64,000 nucleotides of DNA from Octopus sinensis (taxonomy: Eukaryota), in contig NC_043022.1 in the NCBI RefSeq assembly GCF_006345805.1, positions 10,230,001 to 10,294,000 of the forward strand. Reading direction: 5' to 3'. Shown here piece by piece: positions 25,274-38,446 of the stretch. Positions within the stretch are counted from its first letter, which is position 1; every line of letters starts with the position of its first letter. The notes under the pieces were generated by a model. The model was not told where the DNA came from, ran no database searches, and saw nothing but the letters and a program-made list of their open reading frames with translations. The position numbers were made by a program, and so were the translations under genes.

Positions 25274-25791
25274 TATTTTCGTCCTAAAAAACTTTGTATG
25301 GATTGAATGGTTACCTCTATGGAAATATATACACGCACATTATACATACATGTGTGTATAGATGAATATATAAATACATTTAAATATCTATATACACTTT
25401 TGGGCGATCTTTCTGTTTCTTAGAGATAACTTTAGATCTTATTTTCGTCCTAAAAAACTTTGTGCGGAGTGAATGGTTACGTCTATGGAAATATATACAC
25501 ACACATTATACATACATCTGTGTATAGATGAATATATAAATACATTTAAATATCTATATACACTTTTGGGCGATCTTTCTGCTACTTGTATATACTTTAG
25601 ATCTTATATTCGTCCTAAAAAACTTTGTGCGGAGTGAATGGTTACCTCTATGGAAATATATACACACACATTATACATACATCTGTGTATAGATGAATAT
25701 ATAAATACATTTAAATATCTATATACACTTTCGGGCGATCTTTCTGCTACTTGGATATACTTTAGGTCTTATATTCGTCCTAAAAAACTTT
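25274..25791 (+). repeat. 165-166-bp tandem repeat, about 3.1 copies, inside the Helitron
   Basis: Units start at 25274, 25440, 25605 and 25770 (TAT(T/A)TTCGTCCTAAAAAACTTT). Confidence 0.9.
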
Positions 25792-26393
25792 CCTGTCACA
25801 CACTCACGCACACGCACGCACACACACACACACGCACCCTCACACACACGCACACACACACACACTCACACACACGCACGCACACACACACACACACGTT
25901 AGCTTACAATTTTATTTATATATTTGCGTGTAAAGAGGAAGTGGGAATGCAGAGTGAAAGAGTCAGTCACTACAAAAAGTGAATTACTTTCACTTTATTC
26001 GTTGCTTACTGTGTGTGTGCGTGTGCGTGTGCTGTAGCCCACACTAAGAAAAGCATTTGACTTATACACCACAATGTGAGTTTTCTCTAAATTTTGCTTA
26101 ATTGGGGTTGAAATTTTAAAAAGTGGACCTGGCAAGACCCGATGCATTCTACTCTTAAAAATGCTAGGTAAATTGTAATTGAAGAAATCCTATATTGTAG
26201 ATTTCTATAAGAGACAAAGGGAGGCAGATAAAATCTGCCTTTTATAATAAGAGATTCTACCAGTATACGAAGTTTAAAATTTTTTAGTTATCTAGAAATA
26301 ATGTTAAAAACTGCCGTTCAAACCGAAAAGATCCCCCAGAAAGAGTAAATATATAAATGAAATAAAATGTCATGCCATTCTCTGTTATATATG

Positions 26394-26515
26394 AGTGACA
26401 GAGGCAGTATCAGTACCGAGGGGTAATATTTATACCCACTTAAACGTTCAACAGAACACTCAGGTTTAAGAGGGAACATATATTACCTCTCGGTATAAAT
26501 TCTACCTCTGTCACT
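26394..26515. repeat. ~120-bp imperfect foldback
   Basis: AGTGACAGAGG / CCTCTGTCACT outer arms and TACCGAGGGGTAATAT / ATATTACCTCTCGGTA inner arms. Confidence 0.75.
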
Positions 26516-27049
26516 AATATATATATATATTTTTAACAAGCTCACTGGCTAATCACGACACCAATACCTGTTCTGACACTGTTTTTTTTTATATATGTTG
26601 CCGATGAGGAGAGGAGTCGCTCCTATTTCTAACAGTCGAGTGAACATTATTGCTGATCGGAACGCGGAAGGTCAAAATCACGTGATCTGGCGGTCTAGGG
26701 ACTGATGATGGCGGGAAATTTATCTCCCCCGCTAGCTATATAAACAAGCGTGCATTTTGCACCAAGAAGCCATTATGAGAGTATTCCGCGGTATAGTTTG
26801 CCTTCACAGAACATCTACGTTTAAGCGAGCATAAATATTAATTCTTTGTTATGTGTTGCCCCAGGGTTTTTTTTTAATGTAAACGTCTAAATATCTTTGA
26901 CCCTATCATGGGGGTGCGGTTATGGTTGTGACTGAGTAAAAAGAAAATTACTTCCGGGTACAATCCCATTGTAGCTTCAGCCTATCGCATACACACACGT
27001 ACTTTTACACACACTCACTCACACACTCAGTCACTCAAGCGCACGCACG

Positions 27050-27093
<44 letters not shown>

Positions 27094-28241
27094 ACACACA
27101 CACCACACACACACACGTATAACGATAGAGAGTATGGAGACCTTTTCATATTATATTTTCTATCGTTATAATTATTGCTAACACAGACACACGTTCTAAA
27201 TTCCTCCAATGGGTAACCCCGTGTTCGCTTCACTGCATGGTAGTAATATTATGTGGACGTTGAATACTAATCGATGCGGTTTGCCGAAACCTTGAACGTA
27301 ACTGAGAACTACCGCGGTATTCACCCGGATATATATATATCCCTCTAAACTCATATAAATACATTCACACGTAAATATGCACGCACACACACATATGCAA
27401 TCACGCACACACACACACATCAGGCGCGGTCCCAAGAATTTTTCGAAGGGAGGGCACAAGGAATATAGGTCAGCTCAGGACTATAATAAAGCACACTTGG
27501 CCGTGGTGCCACGAAGCGGGAGTGAACTCGGAACTATGTGATCGGGAAGCAAATTTCTTACCACACAGCCACACTTATTTATTTATTCTCTAAATCTCAT
27601 TAGGTTGCGAATTCAGGATGTGTACGGAGTGTAAATTAAACAACAGAAAGCTATTTTGATCGCCACACACTGATTCTGACAATTCGAATATTTTTTATTT
27701 CATAGAGAAAAAGGAAGAAAAATTTGAAATGATTGCATTTTATTGTTTTTACCCTTTAGCATTTAAACCAGCTCAAATACTCTACTTGTTTTAAGTTCAA
27801 TATGGCCAGGTCTGGCCTCTCACGCCTATTCTATAATGTCATTCTAAAAATAAACAGCCGCATCATCAAAATCTCAAAGCTACCAGCTAATGTATGATTA
27901 ATTCAAAACAATGTGAATAATTAAACATTACATTTGACTGATTTGAAGAATGTACCCCACCGTCGTTTTTCACGGAGGGGAGATAACTCTCACTTGATCC
28001 CTAAATTTCAAATTTGAAACTGTTTTAATTGGCAAGAATTACACAGAGTCTGTATAATCGGTAGAGCATCAGATAAAATATAGGAGAAAGTGGCAGACTA
28101 GTATAAACTATCTTGTAGTGTTTAGTTTTACGCCTTTACGTTCTAAGTGTAAATCACGCAGAAATCGATTTTAACTTTTATTTTTCTTGGTTTGGATAAA
28201 GTAGAGAACTGGTCAAGTACTGGGGTTGATGGTATCGACTT

Positions 28242-28474
28242 AAGGCGGCGAGCTGGCAGAAACGTTAGCACGCCGGGCGAAATGCTTAGCGGTATTTCGT
28301 CTGCCGTTACGTTGTTAGTTCAAATTCCGCCGAGGTCGACTTTGCCTTTCATCCTTTCGGGGTCGATAAATTAAGTACCAGTTACGCACTGAGGTCGATG
28401 TAATCGACTTAATACCTATGTATGTCCTTGTTTGTCCCCTCTGTGTTTAGCCCCTTGTGGGTAATAAAGAAATA
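28242..28474 (+). mobile_element. SINE family A, full length
   Basis: Near-consensus head, body and tail. Confidence 0.9.
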
Positions 28475-28807
28475 GGTATCGACTATCTTCCTCCTGCCAT
28501 ACCCTCCACCACTAAATTGCTGGTCTTATGCCTAAATTAGAAACACTATTTCAGGGCAGTACTTTGGCAGAATCGTAATAGCATCGGAAAGAAATGCTTT
28601 TCGGTATCTATTCCGGCGTTTTACGTTCTATCTCAAATCCCGGTCGGATCAACTTTGGGCAATATTTCGATATTGATATATGACGTCATTCAACTACACA
28701 GCCTTCCCTCGTCACATAGATAAAGAGGCTAGGCTGAAATAGAGGGTGAACGACGTCGTTTCTTTATACTGATAATTTGTCGACCAATACTGAAGGGTCG
28801 CCTATAT

Positions 28808-28842
<35 letters not shown>

Positions 28843-29129
28843 GTGTGTGTGTGTGTGTGCATGTGTGTGTGTGTGGATCCTTTGATATTGGCACATTCAC
28901 ACACACAACCTTCCCTCGTGACATAGACTAAGCCGAAAAAGACGGTGAATGACATCATCTCATCATACCGGGCGCTCCCTTGACAAATATCGAAAGAATA
29001 CCCAACTCTGCTTTTCATTCTCTTGGGGTTGATAAATTAAAGTGCCATTTAAGCACTGAGGGCGATGGGATAGATTTATAACTCCCTTGAAACAGTTACA
29101 GTTATTAACTGAGTTCTTATTTGAGCGAC

Positions 29130-29770
29130 CCAGGAAGGATGTAAGAATGGCCAAAGACGGACCATGGAAAAGCGAATTAGACAAACACTGCAACACCTGT
29201 TTACCGTCAAGGAATGGCTGCATAAGTCGCAACATGCGCGGTCCTTCATGTAGCAGGTAGTAATAGCAAATGGAGCTCTTTGTCCGTGGAACGCATCACT
29301 TACGCTAAAACGGAAGAGATGACGCTCCTTACCAGTCAGGCATGAATGGAGCAAGACACGATAGTCAGGTGATGAGGGCGTTCGTTACCTTTGTTCGACC
29401 CTTCAGGAATAGCTTCTTCCTGGTCCATTTCTGCGTGAGACAGTCTAACCTGCTCGTCACCTCATTGCTGTTCTTCTATTACAGATCTGAATCACGCCAC
29501 ACACCGAGTAAATTCAACCGGTCTATCATTCTAGCGCCTCGCGACATTGTTGGAAGACATAGATTAGATCCGTTTCTCTATGTGTCGAGCTGCAGAACCA
29601 CCGATTTATTTTCTGGTCGATTTTGGTTTCTGTTTCTTCCTCATACTCTCTTAGAGTGATGCCGATCACCTTATGTGCCTGACACAATTACATCGACGTC
29701 GTCCGCATATGCCAACACAAATCTTCCGAATCCTAGTTCGGTCGGGATCGTCCTCAACGTCTCTGGTTTC
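29130..29770 (-). pseudogene. Decayed Tx1/L1-clade reverse transcriptase fragment
   Basis: AYADDV (YADD at 29698-29709), then LLGVWRDSDL**KNSNEVTSRLDCLTQKWTRKKLFLKGRTKVTNALI and ERHLFRF; frameshifts and stops. Confidence 0.75.
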
Positions 29771-30795
29771 TATAACAATAACTATAAGAAACGAGGGGGA
29801 ACAACGGACTGAGCACATGATTCTAAACTGTTCCAGTAAGTTGCAATGTACTTAAACTGCTGAGCAGATATCGCTCAGCGGCGATCCCGGTTCTAAAGAC
29901 GAGACTGTATACTATGTATGAAGAGTTTTGGCAGAAAACAACAAACATTATAAATAGAAAACAATAAATGAGTACGTAAAGTGTACTAGCTATCTGAATG
30001 TGGCTAGCCACTGGGGGTGGGGTGTTACTGACGCTTTTAGCCCCAGGTGATCAACGTCACCAGCTGGCCTTAGACACAATTTCAGTGCCCTTGTGTTATT
30101 TGCAAAGGGAGGTCATCCTCCCTCGAAAACCTAAGTGATACATACGGACTATAGTTTCAAGGTAATTGCCTCTCGTCAACGCATGGTAAACACCGGTTTT
30201 CGATGAAGGAGACCTTTGCAAATAATAATATTTAACGTTTTTCACAGCATAAATAAATGAGTGTATACAATTTATCTTAATCGGCTGATGTCACAAAATG
30301 ACTTGAGAGTCGAGAGTTTCGTATAAGACTCTTATACATACATATATACATACATACATACATACATACATACACGCACACACATACATACATACACATA
30401 CATACATACATACATATATAAATACATACATACACACGCATGCACGCACACACATACACAGACACACATGCACACACACATACACACACACACACCACAC
30501 ACACACACACACAAACACACTCACACACACACACACACACTCACATATCAATGTTGGGTTTTTAATCAAGCTTTTAGTATTATATACTAAAAGCAATTGA
30601 CCATTAAACTGGGGGATTTCTAAATACTTTATGCAGAATCCATAATTATCATACTTTTACAAGAAGTGGGGTGAGAGTAAATTCTAAGTTTTGGCCTGCT
30701 CGACAGTGGGACGAAGACTGGCGTGCCGAAACTTCGAAGTCATTGCCTTCCCTTTTCTTGTAAATGTATAATATGTGTATGTGTATGTATGCATG

Positions 30796-31169
30796 TGGGG
30801 GCGCAGTAGTCCAGTGGTTAGGGCAGCGGAATTGCGGTCATAGGATCGCGGTTTCGATTCCTAGACCGGGCATTGTGAGTGTTTATTGAGCAAAAACACC
30901 TAAATTTCCACGAGGCTCCGGCAGTGGGTGGTGGTGAACCCTGCTGTATCTTTCACCTCAACTTTCTCTCACTCTTTCTTCCTGTTTCTGCTGGACCTGT
31001 ATTTCAAAGGGCCGGCCTTGTCACACTCTGTGTCACGCTGAATCCCCCCGAGAACTACGGGTAGACGTGTCTGAGGAGTACTCAGCCACTTACACGTTAA
31101 TTTCCTGAGCAAGCTGTTCTGTTGATCGGATCAACTGGAACCTTCGTCGTCGAAACGGACGGAGTGCCA
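30796..31169 (+). mobile_element. SINE family C with long tail E
   Basis: Family C head and body, then a tail ending GGAGTGCCA. Isolated minus-strand tail-E fragments occur at about 31905-31985, 32504-32680, 49610-49730 and 49945-50140. Confidence 0.75.
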
Positions 31170-31447
31170 CGTTTATGTATGCATATAAATATATGCAAAG
31201 CGAACGAGTAGAGAGGAATAAAACACTTGTAAATATATTAGTTGCTTTTTTTCTCCTCAATTCGTTAAATACGTAAACTAATACATTTAATACGTTAAAG
31301 ACCAGTCGAAAGGTCAGAGCAATTGTTTGTCAATTACTGTTAATATTAGAGAATATCGCAGAATAAACCTTTACACTGAATCCACTTGGCAATTGTCGGT
31401 CATTGTCGTGATCATCATCATCGTTAAAGTCGGCGTCGTCGTCGTCG

Positions 31448-31479
<32 letters not shown>

Positions 31480-31566
31480 GTTAAAATCGTCATCATATAC
31501 ATGCTTACATGTGTGTGTGTATTATGTGAGTGTGTATTATATGTGTGTGTGTATTATGCGAGTGTG

Positions 31567-31642
<76 letters not shown>

Positions 31643-31643
31643 C

Positions 31644-31683
<40 letters not shown>

Positions 31684-31829
31684 TATATATATATATATAG
31701 ATCGATAGATAGATAGATATATAGATAGATAGATATAGATAGATAGATATATATATATAGATATATATATATATATATATATATATAGATATATATAGAT
31801 GAGAGAGAGAGAGAGAGATAGATAGATAG

Positions 31830-31902
<73 letters not shown>
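31567..31902. repeat. (GATA)n/(TA)n/(GA)n compound microsatellite
   Basis: Direct reading. Confidence 0.95.
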
Positions 31903-31903
<1 letters not shown>

Positions 31904-32003
31904 CGCGGCACTCCGTCGGTTACGACGACAAGGGTTCCAGTTGATCCGATTAACGGAACGGCCTGCTCGTGAAATTAATGTGCTTAGCGGTGTTCCGCCC
32001 GTC

Positions 32004-32400
32004 AAGGCGGTGAGCTGGCAGAAACGTTAGCACGCCGAGCGAAATGCTTAGCGGTATTTCGTCTACCGTTACGTTCTGAGTTCAAATTCCGCCGAGGTTA
32101 ACTTTGCCTTTCATCCTTTCGGGATCGATGAAATAAGTACCAGTTACGCACTGGGGTCGATGTAATCGACTTTATGCCTTTGTCTGTCCTTGTTTGTCCT
32201 CTCTGTGTTTAGCCCCTTGTGGGTAGTAAAGAAATGGATATTTCGTCTGCCGCTGCGTTCTGAGTTCAAATTCCGCCGAGGTCGACTTTGCCTTTCATCC
32301 TTTCAGAGTCGATAAAGTACCAGCTGAGTATTGGGGTCGATGTAATCGACTTGCCCCTTCCTCCAAATTTCAGGCCTTGTGCCTATAGTAGAAAGGATTA
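32004..32400 (+). mobile_element. Two tandem SINE family A copies (long tail, then short tail)
   Basis: Head at 32004; second truncated copy at about 32238-32400. Confidence 0.85.
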
Positions 32401-33879
32401 TTATTGTTGTTGTTGTTATTATCATTGAGGTGGAAAGCTAGCAGAATCGTTAGCACGCCGGACAAAATGCTAAGCGACATTCCGCCCTTCTTTACGTCCT
32501 GAGATGGCACTCCGTCGGTTACGACGACGAGGGTTCCAACTGATCCGATCAATGGAACAGCCTGCTCGAGAAATTAACGTTCAAGTGGCTGAGCACTCCA
32601 CGGACACGCTTACCCTTAACATAGTTCTCAGGCCGATTCCACATGATATAGAACGTGACAAGGCTGGCCTTTCGAAATTCAAGTCCAACTCCTTTTTGCC
32701 AGCTGCGTGGATTGGGATCTTTTATGTTTGGCTGCATCTGTGGAAATTTTAAAGTTTAGTGGAAAATTTATAATTTACTGAATTGATGTAAATTTCCACG
32801 CTGAATCTCAGGAGCTTATTCACTTTTTCCAGAATTAAAAAAAAAAAATTTACTGAGGTTTAAAGTTTGATAATTTTTACCCAATCAGAAAACATGGTTT
32901 GGAAGCTGTTATTTTGTGCGTGACTGCACGAGTTGTCAACATTGCGAAAACAACACGTGTTTTCTTTAGAACCTGTAAACAAATGAAATACTGGCGGAAT
33001 TCTGCTGTACGCACGACTTATATACCTCATAACTTTTTGTATTTTTTGGAATTTTCAGAAAAATTTTACGGATTTGCATTCCACATTCAGGAATTCATTC
33101 GATTATGCAAAAACAAATGTAAAGCATTTTGGTGCGTGATTGAAGGCCTGTTTACATGTTATTTTTAGCACATCCCACGACCACCTCATACCTTGTGTTT
33201 TAAGCATTTGATTAGGGAAAATGACCATGTGGTTTGACAGGCCAGCAACAGCGGGACAAGCAGCTTGGTAATAGCTTGGCTTGTTACTATGGAAACAGGC
33301 ACCTATATGTCTGTCACTTTCGATTGGCTAAAATTACCGAAAATTTGCAAACTTTAAAAGCTATTAACACTTTATTTATTTATAGCGAAAATGAATTTTA
33401 CATCAATGATTACCATACAAAACTATACCAATATACCAAATATGAAATTAAGTGAAACAAAAATTGAAGAAATTGAAAAGTGGCAGCCGCAAAACGGAAA
33501 GTATTCGTGGACCTGGAGCAAAGTGAAATAAAGTATCTTGCTGAAGGACATAACGCACCGCTGGGAATCGAACTCGCAGCCTATCGATCGTTACCCCTAA
33601 CCACGAAGTCACGGGCTTTGCAACGGAAGCAAACTAGAGAGAAAGAGGAGAAAGAGAAATAGTGAAAGAGTGAGGAGGAGGGAAAGGAGGAGGGAGAAAC
33701 TGAGAGAGAGAGAGAGAGAGAAATAAAATAACACCAGTATATGACTACGCTTTCAGCCTCTTTATATGAAAGGATGAACACTAAGTTGAGAGTGAATAGA
33801 CTCAAAGCCGGAGAGCGGAACGAATAGCTACAGACCGCTTTTTTGTTTGACCCTCAAATGATTCCTCTTATTTACAGCC

Positions 33880-33966
<87 letters not shown>

Positions 33967-34030
33967 TAATGAAAGAATGGAGTCGAACGAAGATGTTAAC
34001 AAAATTCCTTTACTCTCGACATATGTTTCG

Positions 34031-34566
34031 GTGGTATTACTGGTTGTAGTACCATTAATAATACTAATAATAATAGAAATAGTGTAGTTGTTAGCGCTAA
34101 TAATAATAGTAACAACAATCATAACAATAAAAACTTCGTTTCGATCTCAGAGGACAACCCCAACAGAATTAAATTTTTGTCTAGTAATTCTGAGATTAAG
34201 AATTCTATTTACCAGTGTAGAATTTCTTCCGGTACCGATGTCTTCTTCTATATAGAAGCGTCCACTTCCCAGTTATCCAAGAGAATTTCAAACCACTATT
34301 CAACATTCAGGGATTGTAAAAAACGACATAGTACAGGGCTAAGTAAATTAGTTTGGCGTCTTAAAGACAACAATATAATTTTCAAGTTAGATTGGTTCAT
34401 ACTGTCTGTATCCTTTCCTTTTGATAAGGGCAGGAGATTTTGTAACATTTGTAACTCTGAACTCTTCCATATTCTTTTCTCTAAGGTTCCCCTAGTAAAC
34501 ACACTCATAGAAAAATCATACAAATGTAAACACTGGCAGAAGCACACTTTCTACTCATATAAATGA
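34031..34566 (+). pseudogene. Penelope-like GIY-YIG endonuclease domain (YIG changed to YIE)
   Basis: IYQC...YIEAS..LSKRISNH...STGLSKLVWRLKD...W.IL...CNICNSE...LVN..E...CKH follows the PLE endonuclease pattern. Confidence 0.8.
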
Positions 34567-34837
34567 TAACGATAGTCACTGTGGTTTGAACAATTAGCTT
34601 TACGTCCACCCCACTTCTAAAGAGAAATTCTTTCCTAAACCTTCGAACATTCTTTCAATCAACGTACCCTTCCCTCTCCACTTGTTCCCTACCTATTATT
34701 CCTTTACCCCTTCTCTTCCTACTATCTATCTTTGACATCAATTCTTCTAACGGTTTTTAAAAAAAACACTCATTATCGCTTTGTTTACCATGTAGGCAAT
34801 TATCGAAATTTTTGTTTGTCTTGTTGTCGAGAGAGGG

Positions 34838-34933
34838 TCCCTTTCTTTCCTGATGAGAAGATTGCATAATGCACCCTTTATTCCTTTGGAATGAAAACAT
34901 GCTGTCTTCGAAACATATGTCGAGAGTAAAGGA
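34838..34933 (+). ncRNA. Type I hammerhead ribozyme in the PLE pLTR
   Basis: CUGAUGA at 34850-34856; stem II GAAGA/UCUUC; GAAAC-AUAU-GUC with palindromic stem III and predicted cleavage after 34921; stem I CCUUUCUUUC pairs with GAGAG(U)AAAGG. Confidence 0.8.
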
Positions 34934-35129
34934 ATTTTGTTAACATCTTCGTTCGACTCCATTCTTTCATTTATTCATATACAACACACAAATTTCTGCA
35001 CACGAACCTGGAGTTTCTACCCTTGACAGGTCGCTTCAACCGTGTTTCTAACGTGAATTTGCTACCCAGGTTTCGGTCATACGAATTTTCCATGCTGACG
35101 ATAAACATAGGATAATTCATTCACCTACT

Positions 35130-35214
<85 letters not shown>

Positions 35215-35277
35215 GTGTGTGTGTATCTATATATATATGTATGTATATGTGTGTGTGTATATATATATATATGTATA

Positions 35278-35312
<35 letters not shown>

Positions 35313-35386
35313 TATGTGTATATATGTATATATATAATATATATACATACACACACACATATAGGCATCTGTCCCATTTTGTATTT

Positions 35387-35447
<61 letters not shown>

Positions 35448-35560
35448 TACATATATGTTTGTCTGTCTGTCTGTGTGCGTGTATGTATATATATTTGTAT
35501 ATGTGTGTGTTCGAACGTGTGTGAGTGTGCGACCAACGAATCAAGCAAATTATACAACTG

Positions 35561-35611
<51 letters not shown>

Positions 35612-35810
35612 TAGCAATAATAACAACCGACTTTGAACTTTAGAAAGTAGGACGATATTTGGTTATGTAGTTGAAACATCAGCAAAGCTGAGCCAATTGC
35701 TGGCATCAAAAGTGTGACTTCAATCACTGCCATTTAAAAACAATTTTACCAGAATTTCTAAACATTTATTTTTCTAGCATTAAATCTCAAATATCACACA
35801 CACGCATACA

Positions 35811-35881
<71 letters not shown>

Positions 35882-36025
35882 TAAACGTATCTTTCATACT
35901 AACACAAGCATACACAGACTTACACGGACCACATATCTATCTATAATAAATATTATAATATATATATGCATTGTGTATATATATATATATTATATATATA
36001 TATATGCATTTGTGTATATATATAT

Positions 36026-36056
<31 letters not shown>

Positions 36057-36700
36057 GCATATATGGGTACAGAACGTCGCCAATGCTGCAAATAACCTGA
36101 AATACATAAACAACAAGAAAAATGGAAAACAGGACAAGTAAACACAGAGAAAGGACCCTTCATCAGTTGTCAGTTGTCAATCTACTTCTCATTTCGAGCA
36201 TTCAATAACAATATGAGTCTTAAAAGGCAGTTGCTCACATAAGGTCTAATTTAGGATTTATGGAGGGTCAAATTTGGGGACAAGAAAATGACAGTGGAGA
36301 TATACAAGGAAACCGAACGAAAACAAACATGGAGGGTCGTTGGACCAGAACGAGAGGAAAATAGTGAACGCTGGGAGAAATTTTTTTTGGAAAGAGAAAA
36401 GATAGAAGAGAGAGAGAAAGACACGTCCGTTCTAAACATCCGTGCAGGAAAAGAAAGATGGTCACGTGAGAAAAGGAAAGATGGACGATGGTCACGTGTA
36501 AGCAACAAGAGAGAGAGAGAAGAGAAAGAGGGGAAAGAGAGAGACAGATAGAAAACGGTGAAGGAGGGAGGGGAAAAAAAGAAGGATAGAGGAAGAAAAC
36601 AGTATTGAGTAGTGTCGCATCAAAAATGTGAAGATATACGTGTGTGTGTATGTATATATATATATATATACATACGCATATGTATACATACACGCACATG

Positions 36701-36744
<44 letters not shown>

Positions 36745-36907
36745 CATTTATATATATATAGACATATATATGAATACATTCGTGTATGTATGTATGTACG
36801 TATGGGTATACGTATGTACATATATGTACATGTATGAGTGTGTGTGGTGGGTGTCTTTGGTTGCCGATCTCTTGTTCTCCTTCTGTGGACTTTCCCCTTT
36901 CTCCATT

Positions 36908-36938
36908 CCGATGAAGAGCTATGCTCGAAACGTTAAAC
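36908..36938 (+). ncRNA. Hammerhead-like core (family H, U4C variant)
   Basis: CCGAUGA-A-GAGC(UAU)GCUC-GAAAC-GUU; within an older copy at about 36850-37060. Confidence 0.4.
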
Positions 36939-37921
36939 CCTCTCCTTTCACCGATCGTCAAGCTAATATACTACTTGTGTACGTCATTGCGTTCGTTGTT
37001 TTTCTTCTTTTTTCGTTCTTTATTTGAATTATTTTTCTTTCAATTGACCATATGTGGTGTGTGCGTGCGTGTGTGGGCGTATGTATGTATGTATGTATGT
37101 ATGTGTATGTATGCATGTATCTATAAGGCGTTGTGAGTGTTTATTGAGTGAAAACACCTAAAGCTCCACGAGGCTCCGGCAGAGGGAGTGGTGGCGAACC
37201 CTGCTGTACTCTTTCACCACAACTTTCTCTCACTCTTTCTTTCTGTTTCTGATGTACCTGTATTTCAAAGGGGCCATTTCGCCCAGCATGCTAACGATTC
37301 TGCAAGCTCGCCGCCTAATGATAATAATAATAATAATAATAATAATTATAATTATAATAATACTTTCTTCAAAAGGCACAAGGCCTGAAATTTTGGGGGA
37401 GGGCTTAAGTTGATGACATCGTCCTCAGTGTTTCACTGGTACTTAATTCATCGACCCCGAAAGGATGAAAGACAAAGTCGACCTCAGTGGAATTTGAACT
37501 CAGAACATAGCGGCAGACGAAATACCGCTAAGCATTTCATCCAGCATGGTAACGATTCTGCCAATTCGTCGTCCTATGGTTAGGAAAAAAAAAGTTTTGG
37601 GGTGATCACCTTTCGAACTTGATCGATCAAAGCTGACCTGACACTAAACAACAGCAACAACAACGATAATAAAGAATAAGAATATAGTAGATAATGATCA
37701 CAGCTGGAAAACGTTTGACCATGGGTTTCGTGGATCTAGTTTGGCCTGGAGCTTAACAACAGCGGCAGCACTAGGACACGTTAGATAACGTAATCCTAGA
37801 TAATCTCTGAATAAATGATGGTCACAGCCGGAAGATATTCAAGTTGGGATTATTCCATTAGGGCTGATCTGGAGCTTAAAATACTAACAATAAGAAGGAA
37901 GGAAACATCATGTGATGTAGT

Positions 37922-38154
37922 AAGGCGGCGAGCTGGCAGAAACGTTAGCGCGCCGGGCGAAATGCTTAGCAGTATTTCGTCTGCCGTTACGTTCTGAAAT
38001 CAAATTCCGCCGAGGTCGATTTTGCCTTTCATCCTTTCGGGGTCGATAAATTAATTACCAGTTACGCACTGGGGTCGATCTAATCGACTTAATCCGTTTG
38101 TATGTCCTTGTTTGTCCTCTCTATGTTTAGCCCCTTGTGGGCAATAAAGAAATA
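37922..38154 (+). mobile_element. SINE family A, full length
   Basis: Near-consensus copy; a minus-strand copy lies at about 37375-37570. Confidence 0.9.
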
Positions 38155-38398
38155 GGAAACATTATGCGATGTCGTCCTGGATGCACTTCATTTAACAAAA
38201 TACAGGAAGATCAAAAGTAAGTCTGTTGGATGAAGGAGCACGAGGAAGGCGAAAGGCAACAACAAAAACAGCAGCAACAATTATAGTGACAATAACAATA
38301 ACAATAGCAAAAACAAAAGCAAAACACAAACGCAACAAAGGCCACAGTAATTATAGGTATTAATGGATTTGCTATTCTCTGTATACAATACACACACG

Positions 38399-38446
<48 letters not shown>

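Larger units (their letters stand above)
24455..26254 (-). mobile_element. Non-autonomous Helitron, 1800 bp, both termini intact
   Basis: Minus strand runs 5'-TC (26254) to a GC hairpin (24467-24482), then 8 nt, then CTAG-3' (24455-24458). Inserted between A and T with no TSD. Confidence 0.9.
24120..26334. mobile_element. Second copy of the 29-bp-TIR MITE, split by a Helitron
   Basis: 24120-24454 plus 26255-26334 reconstitute the 18123-18539 element. Confidence 0.9.
33961..34979 (+). mobile_element. Penelope-like element 3' portion with inverted pLTR end
   Basis: GIY-YIG remnant, 3' region with a hammerhead, and a 70-bp inverted repeat (33961-34030 vs 34909-34979); starts at the end of a (TA)n tract. 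Confidence 0.8.

Noticed and set aside
20373-25791. CRISPR-like arrays (23-bp and 165-bp repeats)
   Set aside because: The repeats are contiguous with no unique spacers, no cas genes are present, and the context is eukaryotic.
26670-26745. Promoter (ATCACGTGAT E-box plus TATATAAA)
   Set aside because: Short motifs are expected by chance in AT-rich DNA, and no downstream gene is evident.
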